The notes beneath the pieces were generated by a model. The model saw only the letters and a program-made list of their open reading frames with translations, was not told where the DNA came from and ran no database searches. A program made the translations under genes and the position numbers. From assembly GCA_039798785.1 (NCBI GenBank), contig JBDKFG010000045.1, forward strand, positions 1-37,643: 37,643 bases of DNA, in the 5' to 3' direction. Shown here piece by piece: positions 1-8,882 of this stretch (its first letter is position 1; each line of letters opens with the position of its first letter). The DNA is from Verrucomicrobiota bacterium. GTDB taxonomy: Bacteria; Verrucomicrobiota; Lentisphaeria; Lentisphaerales; Lentisphaeraceae.

Positions 1-936
1 GTGCCTGGAGTCGAGTGCCTCGATGGCGCGGCGCACTTCGGCCTCGCTGCCGATGGCGTGGGCTTTGAGGAAGGCCTGTTGCAGGCCCCTCAAAATCGCA
101 TCGGCTTCGTCACCGTTGGGGTCGAGCTGCTGCTCCAGACAATGCTTGCGCACGGCGTGGCGGAGGCTGCGTCCGACGCAAAGTTCCTCGAGTTTCTGTT
201 GGACGAAGGCGCAGAGTTTGGCCTGAACTTCGGTCTCGGCCCATTGCTTCTTCAGATCGGCGATCGGATCGACGCCGACGAGCATGATGCCGAGGCGTTC
301 GGCTTTCTCCTCGCGGAAGATCGGCTGGCCGGTGGCCTTGGCGTGGCCAATGCCGGAGAAGGGGTCGTCAGCGGGAGTTTCGGCGAGTCCGGCGTCGACG
401 CCGTTGTTTTCGACGTAGCTGATGGCGATGCGCAGGGCGGCTTCGGGGTCGCGGCGGGCCAGATCGCTGTCCTCGGCGCTGAGCAGGCGCGATTGATAGC
501 CTCCGGAGAACCAGGTACCGAAACGATTTTCGCCGTGTTGCTTAAAGCGCTGATTGAGTCGATGCACCAGGCTACTGAGCAGGCTCTGCATGGTGAGGCT
601 GAGATTGTTGCTGGAATCGCAAAGATAAGCGATGCGCCAATGGTCTTCGCGCTTGGGAAGCTTGGTGATCAAGGCTTGGTCGTCCCAGAGTTTCCGGAGT
701 TGCGCCGGGACGATCTTTTCGCCTTCGGCTAGGAGCAGCAGGTGCCAGTGAGTGTGGAGGACGTTGATGGCGAACAAAGTGAAGCCGGTGGCGCGGAATC
801 GGGCGATGAGGAAGAGGAGGATGAAGCGGCGGTCTTCGTCGCTCCAACGCAGGCCGTGAGCGGTGTGGCTCCAGACATGGACCACGCCGGGGCGTTCAGG
901 ACTGAAGTTCTCGGTGGAGATTTTTTGATCGGACAT
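1..936 (-). CDS. HUH/Y1 tyrosine transposase-like protein (REP-associated RAYT/TnpA_REP, IS200-like fold); 3' end lies outside the window
   Basis: Absent from the ORF track because no stop falls in the window. Manual translation from ATG at 936 (GGAGG RBS upstream) gives MSDQKISTENFSPERPGVVHVWSHT...LFAINVLHTHWHLLL (HUH motif)...RFGTWFSGGYQSRLL...ISYVENNGVDAGLAETPADDPFS (compare YIxxNPVxAG...Y/WSS)...AIGSEAEV; 312 open codons. Confidence 0.8.
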   Translation of the reverse strand, partial: MSDQKISTENFSPERPGVVHVWSHTAHGLRWSDEDRRFILLFLIARFRATGFTLFAINVLHTHWHLLLLAEGEKIVPAQLRKLWDDQALITKLPKREDHWRIAYLCDSSNNLSLTMQSLLSSLVHRLNQRFKQHGENRFGTWFSGGYQSRLLSAEDSDLARRDPEAALRIAISYVENNGVDAGLAETPADDPFSGIGHAKATGQPIFREEKAERLGIMLVGVDPIADLKKQWAETEVQAKLCAFVQQKLEELCVGRSLRHAVRKHCLEQQLDPNGDEADAILRGLQQAFLKAHAIGSEAEVRRAIEALDSRH

Positions 937-1082
937 GGGGATCCTCCATGCGATTGCCTTCATTGGCTAATATTTATACCCAACTAAAGACTCTGTCAAT
1001 GAGGACGGCTATTAAGCAAGTGCATAAATTTGTTTTGAGGCGAGCGAAGATAAGAAGCTGGTGCCCCCATAGCATGGCTATT

Positions 1083-1110
1083 TCTTTTCCGGGACTTCGC
1101 CCGGAAAAGA
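1083..1110. repeat. Perfect 11-bp stem hairpin upstream of the Y1 gene
   Basis: TCTTTTCCGGG-ACTTCG-CCCGGAAAAGA. Function unknown (terminator-like or HUH recognition hairpin). Confidence 0.55.
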
Positions 1111-1190
1111 CGATCCGCCGGAGAACGAATACCATCCGTCTCGATTGAGCCTCGATATGTCATAATAATTTCATTATTGCTCCGCTCCTA

Positions 1191-1368
1191 AAATTCTCCC
1201 GCATCTAGCAGCGCCTCGAACCGCTGAGCTACCGCGCCGCCATCTTCACCAAGCTCAGCCGCGTCCACCTCGATTACCACGCCGCCGGCAAGGGCCACGA
1301 AGACTATCAGCGAGAAACTTCCCTTCTTTGACCAAGACGAGATCCGGCGGATGGCTCGCGGCGGCTGA
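1191..1368 (+). pseudogene. murE: Collapsed relic of MurE (UDP-MurNAc-tripeptide ligase)
   Basis: Frame 1209-1310 reads QRLEPLSYRAAIFTKLSRVHLDYH-AAGKGHEDYQ, matching MurE motifs FTNLSRDHLDYH and AGKGHExYQ. A shifted frame 1312-1368 reads EKLPFFDQDEIRRMARGG*, like the MurE C-terminus. In-frame TAG at 1206-1208 and no start codon. Confidence 0.75.
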
Positions 1369-1474
1369 GCGGCCCAAAGTGTCTTTGCCGATGAATTCCA
1401 CCCCTCGCCCCTTTGCGCCCTCCTGAAAGCGGAGCAAATTGGCGGCCCACAGCCAATCCCGAGCGCCCCCCGAC

Positions 1475-1855
1475 ATGCCACTCCTTGCCGAGCTCACCGA
1501 CGACAGCCTGATCGGCCGCCTCCACCAGGCAGATCAGGGATTCATCCTGACCGTCGCAGCACAGATCGCCGCCTTCCTCCTGCTCTGGACGGCGAAGCGC
1601 TGGCTTGCGAGCTCCAGCTCGGTCCTGCCTCGGCTGGTTGCCGTCTCCCTCCTCGTCTGCAACGCCACCGCCCTGGCGACCTGGCAAGCCTCCGCCCTCT
1701 TCCATGTGCGCGGCACGACCCCTCCGGATTCCCCGCTCCGAGCCGCTGCCCAGGCCGCCATGCAGGACGGTCTGCAGCTGATCGGCATCAGCGCCGCCGT
1801 CCTCATCCTCCTCGCCTGGCATTGGCTCAAACCTGCCGCGGCGGTGAAGCGATGA
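1475..1855 (+). CDS. Small hypothetical membrane protein (about 3 TM)
   Basis: ATG at 1475; hydrophobic segments; ATGA overlap with the next gene. Confidence 0.6.
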   Translation: MPLLAELTDDSLIGRLHQADQGFILTVAAQIAAFLLLWTAKRWLASSSSVLPRLVAVSLLVCNATALATWQASALFHVRGTTPPDSPLRAAAQAAMQDGLQLIGISAAVLILLAWHWLKPAAAVKR

Positions 1856-2184
1856 GCCCCGCCGAAGCCCAGTCCGCAGCCCTGATGCTGCAGACGGCAC
1901 TGCTGGCGGCCTCGCTCGCCGGCCTACCGCTTTGCCGCCGACTGCCAGGATCCGGCCTCCTGCTGCTCTTCTTCGCCAACCTCCTGAGCGCATGCGCCGC
2001 CATCTATTTCTACATAAGCAGCGAAAACGCCGCCCCGCCGCTCGCTTCGGCCACCTTGGAACAGATGCAGCAGCGGGATCTCGTGCAAGGAGATTCTTGC
2101 GCCTTCCTCGCCCTCAGCCTGCTCTGCGCCTGCGCCGGCGTCGCCTGCTGCCTTCTCGCCAAGGCAGGAAAGTCCCGCCCATGA
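1852..2184 (+). CDS. Small hypothetical membrane protein (about 3 TM, Cys-rich C-terminal helix)
   Basis: ATGA overlaps at both ends (1852-1855 and 2181-2184); hydrophobic. Confidence 0.6.
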   Translation: MSPAEAQSAALMLQTALLAASLAGLPLCRRLPGSGLLLLFFANLLSACAAIYFYISSENAAPPLASATLEQMQQRDLVQGDSCAFLALSLLCACAGVACCLLAKAGKSRP

Positions 2185-3971
2185 GCCAGGCACTTGACGA
2201 ACACGACCAGGAGATCCGCAGCTTCGGCAGCGAGGTCTTCCGGATCATCGGCCGCCTCTACGGACTGATCGACGGCTTCAAGTGGTTCATCTTCCTCGGC
2301 AATCTGCTCTGCATCTGCTTCGTCCTCGCCGAACTGCATATCATCGACCGCTGCCGCGGCATCGCCAACCGCGACGACCTGGCGACGGCGGACTGGGGCT
2401 CCCTCCTCGGCCTGCTCATCCTCGTCCTCCTCGCCAACCGGATCTTCGGCTGGTCGCAGTTCATGGTCACGGTCTACGCCACCAACCGCGCCATGATCAA
2501 GCTCCGCACCCAGTTCTTCGCCAAGCTGATGTCGCTGTCGAAAAACTTCTACGACACCCACAAGATCGGCTGGCTGGTCGCCCGCGGCACCGGCGACATG
2601 AACACCATCTACGACTTCCTCACCTTCGGCCTGATGGTGGTCTTCATGATCCTCTCCTACACCGGCATCATCGCCTGGAAGCTCTGGGACGTCGCCCCCT
2701 CCCTCCTCGCCGTCGCAGCCGTCGTCATCCCGATCGGCTGCGCCATCATCGCTTGGCTGCAGAAACGCATCCGCGCCCGGGTCGAAGAACTGTCCTCCCA
2801 GAACTCCCGGATGGTCGCCTACCTCGCCGAATCGATCCGCGGCGTCCGGGTCACCCAGGCCTTCGCCCGCGAAGAGAAAAACCTGTCGGCCTACATGGAG
2901 TTCAACCAGGAGAACGTCCGCCTCTCCCTCAAGGTCCTCAAGGCCACCGCCATCCTGGTGCCGACCATGGACGCCCTCGGCATCCTCGGCATCGTCACCG
3001 TGATCACCTGGGGCGCCTGGATGCTGGAAAACGGCGCCATGTCCAACGGCGTCCCGATCACCCCCGCCGACCTGGTCGCCTGCGTCCTCTACATGAACAT
3101 GCTGCTCATCCCGATCCGGATGCTGATCGACATCTACAGCATGAGCATCAACGCCGCCACCTCGGCCCGCCGGGTCTTCCAAGTGCTCGAGCTCCAGCCC
3201 GAGATCAAGGACCCGGAGCAGCCGGAGGAACTCACCAGCATGAAGGGCGAGCTCAGCTTCCGCCAAGTGCAGTTCCGCTACAAGGAGGACGGACCCTGGA
3301 TCCTCAGGGGCATCAACCTGGAAATCCCCGCCGGACAAGTCGTCGCCATCGTCGGCAAGACCGGCGCCGGCAAGACCACCATCGCCCACCTCGCCGCCCG
3401 CTTCCACGACCCCCAGGAAGGCCAGGTGCTGGTCGACGGCCGCGACCTCAAGGTCTTCCGCCAGGACGACCTGCACGCCCACATGGGCATCGTCCTGCAA
3501 GAGGGTTTCCTCTTCTCCGGCACCGTGCTCGACAACATCCGCTTCCGCCGCCCCGAGCTCAGCCGCGCCGAGGTGGAGAAGCTCTGTCTCGGCCTCGGCA
3601 CCCACGAAGCCATCGACGCCCTGCCCGATTCCTACGACACCGTGGTGATGGAGGGCGGCTCCAACCTCTCGGTCGGCCAGCGCCAGTTGATCTCGCTCTC
3701 CCGCGCCCTCGCCGCCGACCCCAAGGTCTTGATCCTCGACGAAGCCACCTCGGCGATCGACGTCGCCACCGAAGTCATCCTCGAGCGCGCCTTGCAGCGC
3801 CTGGTGCACGGACGCACCACCATCATCATCGCCCACCGCCTCTCGACCATCCGCCGCGCCGACCGCATCCTGGTGATGGAGCAGGGCCGCATCCTCGAAG
3901 ACGGCACCGACGCCCAGCTCCTCGCCTTGAATGGCGAATACGCCAAGCTGGTGCAAGGAGCGGAGCATTGA
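2181..3971 (+). CDS. ABC exporter, fused permease/ATPase (MsbA/MdlB-like)
   Basis: N-terminal TM helices; Walker A GKTGAGKT; signature LSVGQRQ; Walker B ILDEAT; H-loop IAHRLST. Start placed at MSQALDE. Confidence 0.93.
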   Translation: MSQALDEHDQEIRSFGSEVFRIIGRLYGLIDGFKWFIFLGNLLCICFVLAELHIIDRCRGIANRDDLATADWGSLLGLLILVLLANRIFGWSQFMVTVYATNRAMIKLRTQFFAKLMSLSKNFYDTHKIGWLVARGTGDMNTIYDFLTFGLMVVFMILSYTGIIAWKLWDVAPSLLAVAAVVIPIGCAIIAWLQKRIRARVEELSSQNSRMVAYLAESIRGVRVTQAFAREEKNLSAYMEFNQENVRLSLKVLKATAILVPTMDALGILGIVTVITWGAWMLENGAMSNGVPITPADLVACVLYMNMLLIPIRMLIDIYSMSINAATSARRVFQVLELQPEIKDPEQPEELTSMKGELSFRQVQFRYKEDGPWILRGINLEIPAGQVVAIVGKTGAGKTTIAHLAARFHDPQEGQVLVDGRDLKVFRQDDLHAHMGIVLQEGFLFSGTVLDNIRFRRPELSRAEVEKLCLGLGTHEAIDALPDSYDTVVMEGGSNLSVGQRQLISLSRALAADPKVLILDEATSAIDVATEVILERALQRLVHGRTTIIIAHRLSTIRRADRILVMEQGRILEDGTDAQLLALNGEYAKLVQGAEH

Positions 3972-4023
3972 GCAGAGTTTTCGTCTCAATTCACCTGCAA
4001 ATTTTTTACATCGGACCTCCTCC

Positions 4024-5241
4024 ATGCTGAACTTCCTCGACATCCTGTGGACCACCCTGGCGCAGCTTGCGCCCTGGTTCCTCCTCGGCTGCCTTCTCTC
4101 CGGCATCCTCGCGGTCGTCATCGATCCAGCGCTCTTGCGGCGCCATTTCGGTCCCGGGAAGCGCTTCGGCGTGGTCAAGGCGGTGCTCATCGGCATCCCG
4201 CTGCCTCTTTGTTCCTGCGGTGTCCTGCCCTCGGCGATCACCCTGCGCCGGAGTGGCGCTGGCGATCCTCCGGCGATGGCCTTCCTGGTGACCACGCCGC
4301 AGACCGGACTCGACTCCATCCTGGTCACCGCCGGGATGCTCGGCTGGCCCTTCGCCCTGTTCCGCATTTTCAGCGCCCTGGTGATCGGCCTGGCCGCCGG
4401 CTGGCTCTGCCCCGCCGCGAGCGGCGCCACCGCTGCCCCCGCCCCCCTGCCCCATCGCGACAAGAGCTGGCGGGCCGGCTGGTCCTTCATCTGGGTCGAG
4501 CTTTTCGGCAGCCTCTGGAAAGCCCTGCTGCTCGGCATCCTCCTCTCGGCCCTCTTGACTTATTTCCTCCCCGAAAACGCCTTGGCGGAAACCGCCTCGT
4601 GGCCGCTGCCCTTGACCCTGCTGGCGGTGCTGCTCCTTGCCGTCCCCCTCTATCTCTGCTCGACCGCCTCGGTGCCGCTCGCCGCCGCCCTGGTGGCGGG
4701 AGGACTCCCCCTCCCCGCCGCCCTGGTGCTGCTGATCGCCGGTCCGGCGACCAATCTGGCGACCCTGGTGGCGGTGCGCAAGGAATTCGGCGGCCGCTTC
4801 GTCGCCGTCATGCTGGCCTGCATCGGGCTGGGGTCGATCCTCCTCGCCCTGATCGGGGCGCCCTGGCTTGGCGAGATGACGGCGGATCTCGGCCACGGCT
4901 GCGGCCTCTGCGGCGCCGAGCTCTCTTGGTGGCAGCACGGCGCAGCCGCCATCCTCGCTGGCTTCTTCGCCGCCTGCGCCTGGCGCGAATGGGGCCCCTG
5001 CCGGTCCGCCGCCGCACCTGCGGCAAGCGCAAGCCGGCAAAAACTCAAAATCGGCGGCATGAACTGCCAGAGCTGCGTCCGCAAGATCACCGCCATCCTC
5101 GCCGCCAGCGGCGCGGCGGAGATCTCCATCCGGCTCTCCGAAGGGGAAGCCGAATTCCTCCTGCCGCCGGAGCTCACCCCGGATGTCGCCGCGAAAATCG
5201 CCCAGGCCGGCTTCTCCTGCGAAATCGACGGCAAGTCCTAG
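4024..5241 (+). CDS. ArsP/DUF318-type permease (SO_0444-like metal efflux) with C-terminal HMA domain
   Basis: PLPLCSCGVLP, FLVTTPQTG, PLYLCSTASVP and GPATN motifs; C-terminal IGGMNCQSC metal-binding motif. Confidence 0.88.
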   Translation: MLNFLDILWTTLAQLAPWFLLGCLLSGILAVVIDPALLRRHFGPGKRFGVVKAVLIGIPLPLCSCGVLPSAITLRRSGAGDPPAMAFLVTTPQTGLDSILVTAGMLGWPFALFRIFSALVIGLAAGWLCPAASGATAAPAPLPHRDKSWRAGWSFIWVELFGSLWKALLLGILLSALLTYFLPENALAETASWPLPLTLLAVLLLAVPLYLCSTASVPLAAALVAGGLPLPAALVLLIAGPATNLATLVAVRKEFGGRFVAVMLACIGLGSILLALIGAPWLGEMTADLGHGCGLCGAELSWWQHGAAAILAGFFAACAWREWGPCRSAAAPAASASRQKLKIGGMNCQSCVRKITAILAASGAAEISIRLSEGEAEFLLPPELTPDVAAKIAQAGFSCEIDGKS

Positions 5242-5360
5242 TCCGGCCTGAAAAAATTCACGAAATCACCGTTCCGCCGGAATTTCAAATCTTGTGCCCT
5301 TGCGAGCAGGGCTTAGACTTGCGGAGGAATTCCTCGCGCCCCCGATCCCAAAGGACCCCC

Positions 5361-6332
5361 ATGCGCCTTCTCTCTCTTCCGATCGTCCTGCTGCTCTGTC
5401 TCAGCGCCGCTGCGAAACCCCGCGAGCTCATCGAGCTGCCGCCGGAAAAACCCCAGGTGAAACCGGCCCCTGCCGCCACCGTCACTCCGACTCCGGCGCC
5501 CAAGGCCGCCCAGGAGATCGTCCTCAACCCCGTCACAACCGATCTTCCCGGCCTCACCGACATTGAGCTAGAGAACAGCGGCCTCGCTCTCGACATCCCC
5601 CCCGCCTCCAGCCGCCCCGCCAACCCGGCTAAAGAGACCGTGCACGTCGTCAAGCCCGGCGACACCCTGTCGGAAATCGCCGCCAGCTACCGCGTCAGCA
5701 CCCAGGCACTGATGGCGGCCAACCAGATGAAGAGCTCAGTCGTCCTGATCGGCCAGAAACTGCGCATCCCGGGCCGCACCCCGGCGCCTGCGACAGTGCC
5801 GCCGACGGCGAAGCCGCCCCCCCCGCCGGCAGCCGAGGGCAAGCTCGCCGTAGTGCCGAGGAGCCAATGGGCTCGACTGGCGATCAAGGGCAACATCGAC
5901 GCCATGGGCCGGGTCAACAAGATCACCGTCCACCACACCTCGGAAGGAACGGCGCTGAAAGGCATGACCGACCTAGAATTCATCCGGGCCGTCGAGCAAT
6001 ACCACCGCGACAACAAGAAATGGGCCTGCATCGCCTATCATTACGTCATCGGCCGCGACGGCACGATCTACGAAGGTCGTCCGGTACGTTTCCAGGGCGC
6101 TCATGCCCATTCGCACAATCCCAACAACGTCGGCATCGCAGTGATGGGAGACTTCAACAAAGCCCTGCCCAACCCGAAACAGCTGCAGGCTCTCGAACGC
6201 CTTATCGGCGGACTGCGCTCGAAATACAGTCTGCCGGCCCGGATGGTCTACGGCCACAGACACCTCTGCCAAACCGAATGCCCCGGCGCCGCCCTGAAAG
6301 CCTGGCTCGACCGCTACCGCCTGCGGAAGTGA
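5361..6332 (+). CDS. Secreted LysM + N-acetylmuramoyl-L-alanine amidase (Amidase_2/PGRP-like)
   Basis: Signal peptide; Pro-rich linker; LysM HVVKPGDTLSEIA; amidase motifs ITVHHT, IAYHYVIGRDG, GAH, GHRH...TECPG. Confidence 0.9.
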   Translation: MRLLSLPIVLLLCLSAAAKPRELIELPPEKPQVKPAPAATVTPTPAPKAAQEIVLNPVTTDLPGLTDIELENSGLALDIPPASSRPANPAKETVHVVKPGDTLSEIAASYRVSTQALMAANQMKSSVVLIGQKLRIPGRTPAPATVPPTAKPPPPPAAEGKLAVVPRSQWARLAIKGNIDAMGRVNKITVHHTSEGTALKGMTDLEFIRAVEQYHRDNKKWACIAYHYVIGRDGTIYEGRPVRFQGAHAHSHNPNNVGIAVMGDFNKALPNPKQLQALERLIGGLRSKYSLPARMVYGHRHLCQTECPGAALKAWLDRYRLRK

Positions 6333-6333
6333 A

Positions 6334-6454
6334 GAGGAACTGGGTTGAAGGGTGCAAAGGTTGAAAGACGAGCAACCGAGCAAGCACGAGCCGGACTTTG
6401 GACTCAGTGACCTCAGACTCAGTGACTCAAGTGGCGCGACAAACCTTACAACCT
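6334..6454 (+). repeat. Intergenic GGTTGAAA-arm element, copy 1 (degenerate), with internal GACTCAGT repeats
   Basis: Shares GAGGAACnGGGTTGAA...TTGAAAG(A)CGAGCA...CAGACT(C)AGTGACTCA...AACC with the reverse complement of 26171-26300. Confidence 0.7.
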
Positions 6455-6472
6455 CTTCTCAGGAGCTCCCGA

Positions 6473-7387
6473 ATGAAGCACTTCTACATCCCCACCGAGC
6501 TCCATTGCGAACCCCTGACCAGCCGCCGCCCCCTCGCCGATTTCCCCGTCGCCCGGCGCCGTTTCCGCGACTGGCAAAACGAACGACTCGCCAGCGTCGG
6601 TTCCCATGAAGTGAAAGAGGCCAAGGATGCCGATTTCTTCCTCCAGGAAGGCGCCTGGATCTCCCACGCCGACCTGAAGGCCGCGATGACTCGCCGCCAG
6701 GCCCTGGTCGACCCGAAAGGCGAGCTCATCGCCGCCTGGGTCTGGAATGAGGGCTGCCTGCACGGCGACCTGATGCAGGGCGACGCCTTCGAGACCCGCG
6801 ACAGCTTCGCCGTGCGTTATCCCTGGGACCTCCTCCGGGTCAACGAAGAGCTCGTCGGCAGCCTCAGCGAGGACCGGATCGAAGGCGAGATCCACCCGCT
6901 CGCGGTGGTCGAAGGCCGGATCCATCTCGGCAAGGGCAGCCGCCTCCTCCCCGGCGTCTTCATCGAAGGCAACGTCGTCATCGGCGAGGGCTGCAAGATC
7001 GGCCCGAACTGCTACCTCCGCGGCAACACCAGCATCGGCGACAAGTGCCACGTCGGCAACGCCGTCGAAATCAAGAACTCGATCCTCCTCGACGGCACCA
7101 GCGTCGGGCACCTGAGCTATCTCGGCGACTCGATCCTCGGCACCAAGGTGAATTTCGGCGCCGGCACGATCACCTCGAACCTCCGCCACGACGGCGGCAA
7201 CCACCGCTCCCTGGTCGGCACCGAGCTGCTCGACACCGGCCGCCGCAAGCTCGGCGTCATCATCGGCGACGGCGTCCACACCGGCATCAACACCTCCTTC
7301 TACCCCGGCCGCAAGATGGCCGCAGGCAGCTCCACCCTGCCCGGCGAAGTGGTCCGCAAGGACGTGCCGCCGCCGGCGCGAGCCTGA
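6473..7387 (+). CDS. GlmU-like sugar-phosphate acetyltransferase (LbH hexapeptide repeats) with degenerate nucleotidyltransferase N-terminus
   Basis: AGGAG RBS at 6461; IGPNCYLRG, VGNAVEIKNS, HLSYLGDS, NFGAGTITSNLRHD, TGRRKLG motifs; lacks the LAAGxGxR signature. Confidence 0.85.
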   Translation: MKHFYIPTELHCEPLTSRRPLADFPVARRRFRDWQNERLASVGSHEVKEAKDADFFLQEGAWISHADLKAAMTRRQALVDPKGELIAAWVWNEGCLHGDLMQGDAFETRDSFAVRYPWDLLRVNEELVGSLSEDRIEGEIHPLAVVEGRIHLGKGSRLLPGVFIEGNVVIGEGCKIGPNCYLRGNTSIGDKCHVGNAVEIKNSILLDGTSVGHLSYLGDSILGTKVNFGAGTITSNLRHDGGNHRSLVGTELLDTGRRKLGVIIGDGVHTGINTSFYPGRKMAAGSSTLPGEVVRKDVPPPARA

Positions 7388-7390
7388 ACT

Positions 7391-8233
7391 TCAGCGCACC
7401 TTGCCCTCGGCCTCGCGGCGACGCAGGATCGCGACCTTGCGGATGATGCCGCGGAGAAGCCGGCGGTCGCCGGCTTCCAAGGTGCTGGCGCCTTTCCATT
7501 GCAGGAAAAAAGCCATCATGTCGCTGCGGCTGACCCCGGGCGGGCAGGAGTAGGCGAGCTGGGCCAGGTCCTTGACGATCCAGCGGTGCTGCAGCCAGCT
7601 CGGCCAGCGGTGGACCCGCTGCAGGTCGATGAGGGAGAACTGGAAGCGGCCCGGCGCGGTTTCGGCGACGAAGTGGTGGCAGAGGTAGAAATCCTGGTGC
7701 GAGTAGCCGCCGCGGTGGAATTTCCGGGCCTGGGCGGCGAGGGCCTGGAGGAAGGCGAGGTAGCGCCCTTCCCTTCTCTGCGGCAGGGGGAATTCACGCT
7801 TGAGGAAGTCGTCGGCAGGTTCCCCCGGGACCGCGGCGCACAGGTACCATCCGGCGGCATCGGGACCGAGGCGTCCCCAGCCGCAACCGAGGGCCTGCGG
7901 CACTCCGAGTCCGGTGGCGGCGAGTTCGCGGGTGTTGTCCCATTCGCGCCGGGCTTCGCCGTGGGCTTTCTGCGACAGGAAGGAGAAGCGGCGGGGATGC
8001 CAGTGTCGCTTCAGGTAGGCGGTGAGCGGAGCCCCCTCCCCCGTCTGCAATTTCAGGCGGACGGTGAGACGCTCGGGGACGTCGCGCATGGCGCCGTCGC
8101 GGCTGAAGCGGAAGACGCCGGCGAGGGAGTCCAGCCCGGCGCGGCGCAAGGCCTCCTGCCAGCCGTCGCGGCATTCGTGCCGCTCCTGCCGCGCCTCGGC
8201 TTCCGGATCGGGAAATCGGTCTTGTCTCGCCAT
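7391..8233 (-). CDS. LPS core kinase, Kdo/WaaP family
   Basis: YLKRH, EW, HQDFYLCH, LIDLQR and KDLAQL motifs. Confidence 0.85.
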   Translation of the reverse strand: MARQDRFPDPEAEARQERHECRDGWQEALRRAGLDSLAGVFRFSRDGAMRDVPERLTVRLKLQTGEGAPLTAYLKRHWHPRRFSFLSQKAHGEARREWDNTRELAATGLGVPQALGCGWGRLGPDAAGWYLCAAVPGEPADDFLKREFPLPQRREGRYLAFLQALAAQARKFHRGGYSHQDFYLCHHFVAETAPGRFQFSLIDLQRVHRWPSWLQHRWIVKDLAQLAYSCPPGVSRSDMMAFFLQWKGASTLEAGDRRLLRGIIRKVAILRRREAEGKVR

Positions 8234-8296
8234 CGTCTGCTCCCTTGAATGGCGGCGAATTTAGCGCCTTCCGGAAAAGCCGCTCTTCTAAGCTCA

Positions 8297-8413
8297 GGTT
8301 GAAAGCTTGAAAGGTTGAAAGGCAGAACTACAGAAGAAACAGCACCAGATCCTTGCTCCTTGGCCGCTACTTGTATCGCTTCTCCCACCTTTCAACCTTT
8401 CAACCTTTCAACC
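8297..8413. repeat. Intergenic GGTTGAAA-arm element, copy 2
   Basis: Left arm 8297-8322 GGTTGAAAGCTTGAAAGGTTGAAAGG and right arm 8388-8413 CCTTTCAACCTTTCAACCTTTCAACC are 25/26 inverted complements around a 65-nt spacer. Confidence 0.85.
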
Positions 8414-8424
8414 CTTAGTTCGAC

Positions 8425-8850
8425 ATGGAAATCCCCCTCGACCCAGCACTGCTCCGAGCCTACCGCGCCAGCAGCTACCTGGTGCCCTCGGCGGGTTTGC
8501 GCCTGCGTCTCGGCGAGCCTTCGCCGGAGCTCGACTCATTCCTCCGCGACCAAGGCTGCGCCGAGGCGGCTTTCCTCAGCGCCTCCAATCCCTGGTCGCG
8601 ACTCCTGCCGGATGCGGAGAACCGCCGCCGCCACGAAGAGCTGCGGCAGACCTTGACCGCGGCCGGCTGGACGCCGCTCGAGGCCCTCGGCCAGGCCGAT
8701 GCCGGCGAGTGGCCGGGCGAGAGCTCCTTCTTCGTTCCGGCGATGGGCCGCGCCGATCTGCTCCGCCAGCTCCAGCACTGGCAGCAATGCGCCGGACTGC
8801 ATTTCCGTCCCGGCCACGAGCCCGAGCTCGTCCTCAACCCCGGCTCTTGA
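8425..8850 (+). CDS. DUF3293-family protein
   Basis: AYRASSY, FLSASNPWS...ENRRR, WPGESSF and QQCA pattern typical of DUF3293. Confidence 0.75.
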   Translation: MEIPLDPALLRAYRASSYLVPSAGLRLRLGEPSPELDSFLRDQGCAEAAFLSASNPWSRLLPDAENRRRHEELRQTLTAAGWTPLEALGQADAGEWPGESSFFVPAMGRADLLRQLQHWQQCAGLHFRPGHEPELVLNPGS

Positions 8851-8882
8851 CAGCCCGGACGGCTCCGCTAAAGTCCGCGCCC

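Noticed and set aside
1..732. 243-aa plus-strand ORF in the track
   Set aside because: Antisense shadow of the minus-strand Y1/HUH gene, which has the RBS and the recognisable motifs.
1161..1180. AT-rich near-palindrome CATAATAATTTCATTATTG resembling a Fur box
   Set aside because: Spacing does not fit the 19-bp or 7-1-7 consensus well, and no iron gene is clearly downstream.
2010..4538. 842-aa minus-strand ORF, and similar long ORFs at 21577-22824, 29685-31256, 32838-34001 and 34905-36806
   Set aside because: Antisense frames of well-supported genes; stop-poor because of high GC3; no motifs.
4047..5360. Long N-terminal extension of the LysM-amidase ORF (also the extensions on HDOD, mlaF and rpmA ORFs)
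   Set aside because: Overlaps other real genes in another frame; true starts with RBS or signal peptide lie downstream.
6473..7387. Calling this gene glmU
   Set aside because: Lacks the N-terminal uridyltransferase signature and is too short for the bifunctional enzyme.
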